Of a stretch of 32,000 nt of DNA, positions 10,956-17,396 are shown one piece after another; position 1 is the stretch's first letter; each line of letters starts with the position of its first letter. Where the stretch lies: positions 960,001 through 992,000 of the forward strand of contig NC_015913.1 in assembly GCF_000270205.1 (NCBI RefSeq), in the 5' to 3' direction. The stretch is from Candidatus Arthromitus sp. SFB-mouse-Japan (GTDB lineage Bacteria > Bacillota > Clostridia > Clostridiales > Clostridiaceae). Position numbers and translations under genes: made by a program. The notes below the pieces were generated by a model. It saw nothing but the letters and a program-made list of their open reading frames with translations. It was not told the DNA's origin and ran no database searches.

Positions 10956-11894
10956 TTAATAAATTAATTTTTCTGCAACTCTTAATTTAGCCGAAGCTGA
11001 TCGTGAATTTTTAGAAAGCTCTGTTCCTGATGGCAAAACAGGTTTCTTATTTATGATTGATATTTCTTTTTTCTTTTCACATCTACAAACAGGAAAATCT
11101 TTTGGACAAACACATTCAGTCGCTAGATAATTAAAAGTATTTTTAACTATTCTATCTTCTAATGAATGAAAAGTTATAATTGAAATGCGTCCACCTACAT
11201 TTAAATGATTAATAGCATCAATTATCGCTTTCTCCAATATTTCAAGTTCTCCATTAACTTCTATTCTCAACGCTTGAAAAACTTTTTTAGATAAATGTCC
11301 TCTCTTTTTTATCTCAAATTTTGGTATGACCTCATCTATTAACTTAACTAAATCATGTGTTGTTGATATTTTATTTAGTTTTCGTGATTCAACAATTTTA
11401 TTTGCTATTCTTCTATGATACTTTTCTTCACCATAAACCTTAAATATGTAACTAAGTTTTTCTTCATCATATCCATTTATGATATCATAAGCTGAAAAAC
11501 TTTGGGATGTATCCATTCTCATATCAAGCTTACCATTTCTTATGTAACTGAATCCTCTATCATCAGTGTCAATTTGATATGAAGAAACACCCAGATCCAT
11601 TAAGATACCATCGACTTTTTCTATTCCAATCATTTTGAGTATTAAATCAATATTTTTAAAATTATCTTGTACGAAACTTATATTATCATATCCCGAAAAT
11701 TTTTGTCTGCAATAATCAATCGCATATTGATCTTGATCTATTCCTATTAGTCTTCCTGTATTATTTAAACCATCCAAAATTTTTGATGAATGTCCTCCTC
11801 CTCCAAGGGTACAATCAACATATATTCCTTCTTGTTTTATATTAAGTGAATCTATACTTTCATCTAACATTACAGAAAAGTGATTAAATTGCAA
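10956..11894 (-). CDS. rsmH: 16S rRNA (cytosine1402-N4)-methyltransferase RsmH (MraW)
   Basis: 312 aa. Matching segments: H.SVML.E, DCTLGGGGHS, DLGVSSYQID, FHSLEDRIVK. TTG start with a GGGGA SD. Confidence 0.92.
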   Translation of the reverse strand: MQFNHFSVMLDESIDSLNIKQEGIYVDCTLGGGGHSSKILDGLNNTGRLIGIDQDQYAIDYCRQKFSGYDNISFVQDNFKNIDLILKMIGIEKVDGILMDLGVSSYQIDTDDRGFSYIRNGKLDMRMDTSQSFSAYDIINGYDEEKLSYIFKVYGEEKYHRRIANKIVESRKLNKISTTHDLVKLIDEVIPKFEIKKRGHLSKKVFQALRIEVNGELEILEKAIIDAINHLNVGGRISIITFHSLEDRIVKNTFNYLATECVCPKDFPVCRCEKKKEISIINKKPVLPSGTELSKNSRSASAKLRVAEKLIY

Positions 11895-11942
11895 AATTTT
11901 TCCCCATTTCTATTTAACTAATTTAAGTATATATTTTACTTA

Positions 11943-11971
11943 ATTATATAAAAACCTTTTATAATCTTCAA
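11943..11971 (-). promoter_or_regulatory. Sigma-A type promoter of the dcw operon (TTGAAG-17 nt-TATAAT)
   Basis: On the minus strand, -35 TTGAAG is at 11971-11966, the spacer is 17 nt, and -10 TATAAT is at 11948-11943. It lies about 50 nt upstream of the rsmH start and directly downstream of the preceding terminator. Confidence 0.55.
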
Positions 11972-11982
11972 AGTTTTTAATT

Positions 11983-12017
11983 AATAAAATGAAAGCTGAG
12001 CCTTTTATAGACTCAGC
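11983..12017 (-). terminator. Rho-independent terminator after the M16 peptidase pair
   Basis: The minus-strand RNA reads GCUGAGUC-UAUAAAA-GGCUCAGC (8 bp including one G.U) followed by UUUCAUUUUAUU. The G.U becomes a C.A mismatch on the plus strand, so the hairpin favours the minus strand. Confidence 0.6.
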
Positions 12018-12022
12018 CAATC

Positions 12023-13279
12023 CTAAACTACTCTAGAATACACCATATTAAATTCATTAAACATATTTTTAAACTCAAATACGATATCATCAAGAGTAAC
12101 TTTATTTAATTCATTGAAATAATCAAAAATATTTAAATTGTTATTGATCAATTTAATCATCAATTGTGAAATATAGTCAATATTATTAAACAAGTTGATA
12201 TAATTTCCATACATGGCTTTCTTAACTCGATCAAAAACATGCTTATCTTTTGAAAAATCATAGTTATTGTAATGACTAAATAAAATCTCAGGAAGTTTTT
12301 TAAATGAATCACCATCACCACCGAATAAATAATATCCATAATCATTTTCATTAATATAATCAGTGTAATAACTTCCATTTATTATTCCATCTTTATAAAT
12401 CTTTTCATAAAAGTTTGATGTCGCTCTAAAAAACATCCTATGTATCATTTCAAAAACTATAAGTTTTCTTATGTAATTTGTAGATCTAGTTACATCCTTA
12501 AATCCTATTAAGTTTGTTGGTACACTCATTTTCATATCTTGTTCTATATAATGAGTATTAATCTTATCAAGTGCATCAAAATTTTCTCTAATTACATTTC
12601 CACTAAATTTATTTACAACAAATCTCTCTAGCATAGTTTTACACTCTTCAGCTTTAACATTACCAACCAAAACCAGAAACATATTATTATTTGAGTAAAA
12701 GGTATTATAACAATCTTCCAGATGGCTTTTTTCAATAAATTTAATTGTGTTTACATCTCCACCAATATCAAATCTAACAGGATGATAGTTATACATTACA
12801 GAAAGTAAATTTCTATGAACTCTGTTATATGGATCATCATCATACATTCTAAGCTCTTGTTCAATAATTGGTTTCTCTTTCTCCACTCTTTCATTTGTCA
12901 AATTGAGATTATAAATCATATCACAAAGGTATTCGAGTGATTTTTCAAAATTATTAATTGTACTAAAATAATAATTAGTTATATTGTTTGACGTATAGGC
13001 ATTAACATCCGCACCAATCTCTGAAAATTTCTTAAAAACTTCATCATCACCTGCACCGTCAAACATTTTATGTTCCAAAAAGTGGGCAATACCTAGTGGA
13101 TATTTCTTAAATCTATCTTCACTGTCAAGTTTAAAAGAAATATCATTCGATCCATATTTTATGACAAATGAAGCTGAGGCAGTAGAAAATTGATTTTTCT
13201 CCATAACATAAACTTTAAGTCCATTGACTTCAAAACTTTTAACGGACTCACCTAAAAGATCATTTTTTAAAATATTCAT
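12023..13279 (-). CDS. M16-family zinc peptidase, catalytic subunit (HxxEH present)
   Basis: 418 aa. Inverted zinc-binding motif HFLEH (GIAHFLEHKMF) near the N-terminus, as in pitrilysin/insulinase-family enzymes. Confidence 0.8.
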   Translation of the reverse strand: MNILKNDLLGESVKSFEVNGLKVYVMEKNQFSTASASFVIKYGSNDISFKLDSEDRFKKYPLGIAHFLEHKMFDGAGDDEVFKKFSEIGADVNAYTSNNITNYYFSTINNFEKSLEYLCDMIYNLNLTNERVEKEKPIIEQELRMYDDDPYNRVHRNLLSVMYNYHPVRFDIGGDVNTIKFIEKSHLEDCYNTFYSNNNMFLVLVGNVKAEECKTMLERFVVNKFSGNVIRENFDALDKINTHYIEQDMKMSVPTNLIGFKDVTRSTNYIRKLIVFEMIHRMFFRATSNFYEKIYKDGIINGSYYTDYINENDYGYYLFGGDGDSFKKLPEILFSHYNNYDFSKDKHVFDRVKKAMYGNYINLFNNIDYISQLMIKLINNNLNIFDYFNELNKVTLDDIVFEFKNMFNEFNMVYSRVV

Positions 13280-14509
13280 CTATTCCACCTCCTTCATAGG
13301 CCTAATAGAAAATATAGCAGATTTGACTATTGTCTTAGAAACCTCAATTATTCTCTCTCTAGTAACTTGATTTATATTATTCAAAAACTCATCAACGTCT
13401 ATATATCTATCGAAAATATACAATGGTGAAACAAACGAATGCATTGTTGAAACCCTATCATGTATGGATATCAAAAGACGTCTTATACTCATTTTAGCAT
13501 TTTCTATTTCCAAATCTGTGATATCTCCATTTTTCATGCTCTCAATTTCTTTTAAAATAGTCTGCTTAGTATGCTCTAAATTTTTATCATCAACTCCGCA
13601 CTCAATAGACACTAAGCCTTTGAACTTTTCATAATAAGAATTTATATAATATACAAGACTTTGTTTTTGACGAACTTCTCTATAAAGTTTTGAGTAACCG
13701 CCACCCAAAATACAATTAAACACAAAAAATGCATAATAATCTCCATTAAAAATAGTTACATCAGTTTTAAAATTTATAACTAGTTTAGTCTGAGTAACTT
13801 CATGATTTTCAAATTCTTCAACAAAAGGAGTACTTATAAACTTATTATTATTTGTTGAAAAACTTTTTTTAATATTATCGCCGAATCTTTCACTAAGCAT
13901 CTCTTTTATCTTTTCTTCATCAAAGTCGCCCATAACAATAAAATAATATGGAAGAGTTTTTAAATTTTTATAATACTCATAAAGATTAAATTCATCAATC
14001 TTATCTAACCTTTCAATATTTCCATAAGAATAATTTGAATAAGGTTCATTTTTAGTCGCTAACTGTTCACATTTTATGTACGCATAATAACCTTTCGAGT
14101 CAACAAGACTCAAGATATTTGAACGAAGACTTTCCTTTTCAATTTTAAGAAAATCTTTTTTAAAACAATTTCCATCATTTAAAGTGTTATAAAAAATCTC
14201 ATATAGAAAGTCTATAACTTCTTTCCACAACGAAATATTTTCTATGATATATTTATCTTTCAAGAAACTTATGTAAATTGTAAATATAACGACTTCACCA
14301 TGCTTATTAAGATAACAATCAAATTGAGCTCCGTACATCTCTTGAAGTTTGCTATAAAGTTTTTTAAATGAATCATATTTCTTTGATCCTACCTTAATCA
14401 TTTCTGTCACCAAATTTAAATCTGTAACTTTCTCATCTAAATCCATTGGAATATTCAATGTAATGCTATTAGATTTAAACTTATCATTTTTAATAAATTT
14501 TATATTCAT
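13280..14509 (-). CDS. M16-family peptidase-like protein, non-catalytic partner (no HxxEH)
   Basis: 409 aa, of similar size and directly abutting the downstream M16 gene (stop TAG immediately followed by ATG). The GGAGGTG SD of the downstream gene lies in its last codons. I found no HxxEH motif. Confidence 0.65.
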   Translation of the reverse strand: MNIKFIKNDKFKSNSITLNIPMDLDEKVTDLNLVTEMIKVGSKKYDSFKKLYSKLQEMYGAQFDCYLNKHGEVVIFTIYISFLKDKYIIENISLWKEVIDFLYEIFYNTLNDGNCFKKDFLKIEKESLRSNILSLVDSKGYYAYIKCEQLATKNEPYSNYSYGNIERLDKIDEFNLYEYYKNLKTLPYYFIVMGDFDEEKIKEMLSERFGDNIKKSFSTNNNKFISTPFVEEFENHEVTQTKLVINFKTDVTIFNGDYYAFFVFNCILGGGYSKLYREVRQKQSLVYYINSYYEKFKGLVSIECGVDDKNLEHTKQTILKEIESMKNGDITDLEIENAKMSIRRLLISIHDRVSTMHSFVSPLYIFDRYIDVDEFLNNINQVTRERIIEVSKTIVKSAIFSIRPMKEVE

Positions 14510-14544
14510 ACAAAAATGAAAACCTCACTTAATATTATTTTTGT

Positions 14545-14573
14545 TTGACATCCTAAAAATAATCAACTATAAT
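14545..14573 (+). promoter_or_regulatory. Perfect consensus sigma-A promoter (TTGACA-17 nt-TATAAT) driving the tRNA gene
   Basis: TTGACA at 14545-14550, a 17-nt spacer, TATAAT at 14568-14573. The mature tRNA 5' end lies 18 nt downstream. Confidence 0.75.
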
Positions 14574-14590
14574 CAATACATATTGCATGT

Positions 14591-14687
14591 GAGAGTAGAT
14601 GAGTTCTGGTGGACTTGCGAGTCTTCAAAACTATGTTGTCGTGCTAATACCACGATAGGTGGGTTCGATTCCTACATACTCTCGCCA
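14591..14687 (+). tRNA. selC: tRNA-Sec (anticodon UCA), CCA encoded
   Basis: Hand fold of 97 nt. Acceptor GAGAGTA(G)/(A)TACTCTC gives 7 WC pairs plus a terminal G/A. D arm is a 6-bp stem GAGTTC/GGACTT with the 4-nt loop TGGT. The anticodon loop CTTCAAA is identical to the E. coli selC loop (anticodon TCA at 14625-14627). Long variable arm TGTCGTG-CTAATAC-CACGATA, T arm GTGGG-TTCGATT-CCTAC, discriminator G, then CCA. The 8/5 acceptor/T geometry and the 6-bp D stem are tRNA-Sec hallmarks. Caveat: the anticodon stem pairs poorly in my fold. Confidence 0.75.
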
Positions 14688-14704
14688 CATTAATTCCAAA
14701 AATT

Positions 14705-14732
14705 AAAGCATATCTTACGATATGCTTTTTTT
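14705..14732. terminator. Rho-independent terminator after the tRNA (possibly bidirectional)
   Basis: AAAGCATATC-TTAC-GATATGCTTT followed by TTTT on the plus strand. The reverse strand has the same hairpin followed by AATTTTT and faces the 3' end of the 14799-15473 gene. Confidence 0.7.
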
Positions 14733-14798
14733 ATTGCAAAAATATAACATATAAATTTGGATAAATCAATAACCTATTCAATGATAGTTTATAAATAC

Positions 14799-15473
14799 TT
14801 AATCTAATGGTATATGCAAAGCTTCAAACACAAGTTTATCTGGATCAACACCATCTCTAAACTTAAAAATCCGTCTGAAGTCTTCTGTTTCAAGATTGAT
14901 TTTAATTTTGTCTACTGAAGCGGTTAAACACGAACGATCAACTGTAAGTAAATGTTTTTCAAGCGTTGCAGGAGATCCATTACTAGGATATTTCAATTTA
15001 TAAAGGGCTACTTTTTCTCCACCTTCAACGATTTCTTTATGAGTTAAAACTTTTACACCATCTGTATTAGGAACTATCTTACACAATTTTTTAATACCAT
15101 CTTTTGACGTTGTATATATAGCCAAACCATCACCTGTATCAAGTTGTACATCATTATTTCCTCGAATAGTCCTTAAATTTTCAAACCCATAACCACCGCC
15201 GTTACTTTTCATTCTGTAGATTTCATCCCCTGGTTTTATATCCAATCTCCTACTTGCTGGCAAATGATAATTTCCTGCTGGTAATCTAAGTTTTACTAAG
15301 CTTGAGCCATCTTTATTCATTTTTACAAATCCACACTTCTTCCTAGTACCAAGTTGGGTAAAAACTCTCATAAAATTTCCTTGTGCATAAACAGAAATTT
15401 TTGGTAAAACACAAACACAAGATATCAATCCTAATGTTGCAGATACAAAAACACCTAATTTCTTTTTATTCAT
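14799..15473 (-). CDS. Secreted protein of unknown function, paralog family copy A (intact)
   Basis: 224 aa. GAGGA SD 9 nt upstream. Sec-type signal peptide MNKKKLGVFVSATLGLISCVCVLPKISVYA/QG. Shares four colinear sequence blocks with copies B, C and D (see findings). I recognised no known domain. Confidence 0.8.
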   Translation of the reverse strand: MNKKKLGVFVSATLGLISCVCVLPKISVYAQGNFMRVFTQLGTRKKCGFVKMNKDGSSLVKLRLPAGNYHLPASRRLDIKPGDEIYRMKSNGGGYGFENLRTIRGNNDVQLDTGDGLAIYTTSKDGIKKLCKIVPNTDGVKVLTHKEIVEGGEKVALYKLKYPSNGSPATLEKHLLTVDRSCLTASVDKIKINLETEDFRRIFKFRDGVDPDKLVFEALHIPLD

Positions 15474-15583
15474 ACATACTTATCCTCAGTATTTAAAAAT
15501 ATATTCATTCAGAAAATAATAATGAAGTCGAATAAAATTGATGTATTATATATACTCGTCCTAATAAGAAAATCAATTTAATC

Positions 15584-15700
15584 TTAATTAATACTTCTAC
15601 TATTTTCCGTAATATCTTGAGGATTATCACTTGACCTTGTAAAAATTAATTTAAGCATACAACTAACGAGTCCAAATCTCCCTATGGTAGCTCTAAAGTA
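15584..15700 (-). pseudogene. Decayed relic of a fifth family copy (homologous to the region of copy C around its TGA)
   Basis: The minus-strand translation ...IGRFGLVSCMLKLIFTRSSDNPQDITENSRSIN* aligns with copy C ...GRVYGF[..]SCML[..]KL*DVLTRVDVDGKPEDIPITN. This includes a 14-nt exact DNA match (TAAGCATACAACTA, 15652-15665 vs 16846-16859). There is no start or signal peptide, and stops flank it. Confidence 0.5.
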
Positions 15701-15835
15701 TTAACCACACAAAATACAAGGAAAATATGTAAAGCAAGACAACACAAGCACATAAGCACTTAAATCTAAAAATTATTAACAAATATATATTCTCTATACT
15801 ATCTTGAGAAAATCTACATATTTAATAATAATTTT

Positions 15836-16456
15836 TTATCTATAACTAGTTCTAGATTGTCCAGTAGGATTTGTAAGATTAGTCGATGAAATTGATACAG
15901 TAACTGATCTGTGAGTACCATCATTCTCATTAACTGTAATAGATTCCCTAGTAAGTATTGAAGGTGAACCATCACCTGAATTTTTAACCCTAATTTCCTT
16001 AATCCTACCATTACCATCAACAAATTTTTGAGTCAGGACTGTTACACTATCATTTCCTGGTTTTACAAAAATATCTTTACTTACTCCTGAACCTGATTTA
16101 GTTGCTATATGAAGTCCTTCTTCTGAACCTAAAACAACTTCTGAATTACCATCAAAAATACTAAGTTTTGTAGACCTACCACCATTACCAGTTTTATAAA
16201 TCTTATCACCATCTCTCAAGCTCAATCTATGAGTTGATGGAGAAGATCCACCACCTGATTTTTGTAATTTTACAATTGTAGAACCTAGACCACCTTTCCT
16301 AATAAATCCTTCCCCAGTCAAAGCTAGCCTAGTCATAAGAGCTGTAACTCCAACCTTTCCTGGAGCAGCCGAAGCTTCAATTTTTGATAAAACACAAATT
16401 GAAGATGTCAATCCTAAAGTAGAAAGCACAGACTTCGCTAAATATTTTTTATTCAT
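15836..16456 (-). CDS. Secreted protein of unknown function, paralog family copy B (intact)
   Basis: 206 aa. AGAGGTGA SD. ATG 3 nt after the stop of copy C. Signal peptide MNKKYLAKSVLSTLGLTSSICVLSKIEASA/AP. The mature part is Gly/Ser/Thr-rich and colinear with copy A. Confidence 0.8.
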   Translation of the reverse strand: MNKKYLAKSVLSTLGLTSSICVLSKIEASAAPGKVGVTALMTRLALTGEGFIRKGGLGSTIVKLQKSGGGSSPSTHRLSLRDGDKIYKTGNGGRSTKLSIFDGNSEVVLGSEEGLHIATKSGSGVSKDIFVKPGNDSVTVLTQKFVDGNGRIKEIRVKNSGDGSPSILTRESITVNENDGTHRSVTVSISSTNLTNPTGQSRTSYR

Positions 16457-16459
16457 TAA

Positions 16460-17155
16460 TTAATTATCACCTCTTAAATTTCTCAAACCTTCTTTTGTTA
16501 GTATCTCAGATGTAGATGTACCCAATCCTCTTGAGTCCCATTCTAACTTTTCCATTTCTGCTCTCGGAGAGTTAAAAGTTAGCTTATATTCAACCCATTT
16601 ACCACTACCATCACTTCCCCTAGTTTCACTTGTAACTTTTAAACCAGTAGTATCATGTGCTTGCATTGTATATTTCTTTTCTATAAAAACTAATCCTAAA
16701 GATTTTGTCCTATCCACAATCAACTTTTCACAATTTCTTAATCCAACAAACTCAAATAAATTTGTTATAGGTATATCTTCGGGTTTACCATCAACATCTA
16801 CCCTAGTCAATACATCTCATAATTTCAAAGTAAATCCCATCGTTCTAAGCATACAACTATCCTTAGTTCTGGTATGTATCTTAGTAAATCCATAAACTCT
16901 TCCAAAGAATGAACCTGTACCACTAATTGCTTGTTCCACAAGCCCTCTAACACCCGTAGTTAGTTGCTTCGTTGCTACATCTCCAGAACTTGCTCCTTGT
17001 CCAAGCATAGCTGAAGCTTTAACTCCAGGAATGATAGCAAATACAGATGCTAAACCTAATATAGCAGCCATACCTCCACTTAAAAGTTTTTTATTCTTAA
17101 ATAAGGTTAATAGAGGTTTATATCCCCCCTCCTCTATTCTTGGAGATGTTTGCAA
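16460..17155 (-). pseudogene. Paralog family copy C, probable pseudogene (in-frame TGA plus lost initiation codon)
   Basis: Track ORFs 16817-17155 and 16460-16810 share one reading frame and are separated only by TGA (16819-16817) plus two codons. At the family start position ATG-AAT-AAA-AAA, this copy reads AAG-AAT-AAA-AAA (AAG at 17098-17096). The track TTG start at 17155 lies inside a TATAAT -10 box. The only downstream in-frame ATG (17071) has GGAGG only 1 nt away. Confidence 0.6.
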
Positions 17156-17183
17156 TTATACCTTTGCTTGAAAATCTGTTCAA
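17155..17183 (-). promoter_or_regulatory. Sigma-A type promoter (TTGAAC-17 nt-TATAAT) for the copy C/copy B transcription unit
   Basis: On the minus strand, -35 TTGAAC is at 17183-17178, the spacer is 17 nt, and -10 TATAAT is at 17160-17155. The -35 hexamer sits between the 7-bp inverted repeats AAAATCT (17171-17177) and AGATTTT (17184-17190). Confidence 0.5.
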
Positions 17184-17329
17184 AGATTTTTTCACAACAA
17201 CACTTTCTTTCCCTAAAAATAATTTATTTGATACTAAAAAATTATAACAAATAAGTTCATAATGTCAAATAAAATTTAAAATTATTAATAATATGTTTAT
17301 TTTATTTTAATAAAAAATTACATAATATA

Positions 17330-17357
17330 TTCAATTTTATTAATTATTTGATATAAT
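17330..17357 (+). promoter_or_regulatory. Candidate extended -10 promoter for copy D (TTCAAT-16 nt-TGaTATAAT)
   Basis: TGATATAAT at 17349-17357 and a weak -35 TTCAAT at 17330-17335. It lies about 40 nt upstream of the preferred ATG at 17397. Chance matches are common in AT-rich DNA. Confidence 0.4.
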
Positions 17358-17396
17358 CTAATGAATAAAATTTTATATTTTGAGGATAAAAGTAAT

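Noticed and set aside
16817-16819. In-frame TGA of family copy C as a selenocysteine codon, prompted by the tRNA-Sec gene 2.1 kb away.
   Set aside because: The aligned position in the paralogs is L/S/T, never Cys. I could fold no convincing SECIS-like hairpin in the 40 nt downstream. The same gene has also lost its ATG. TGA is a genuine stop elsewhere in the window (for example divIVA at 285-287 and the Wzy-like gene at 29995-29997), so the code is standard. I kept it as a finding only as a testable alternative.
17071-17155. TTG at 17155 (MQTSPRIEEGG...) as the genuine start of copy C.
   Set aside because: The TTG is part of the TATAAT -10 hexamer of a TTGAAC-17-TATAAT promoter. The 27-aa extension would precede the basic n-region of the signal peptide. 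The GGAGGGGGG it encodes looks like an SD remnant rather than coding sequence.
17361-17396. ATG at 17361 (track start MNKILYFEDKSN...) as the start of copy D.
   Set aside because: It lies 4 nt after the TATAAT box (17352-17357), so it is at or before the likely TSS, and it has no SD. ATG 17397 has GAGGA 10 nt upstream and gives MKKHYL..., which matches the M(N/K)KK signal-peptide start of the family.
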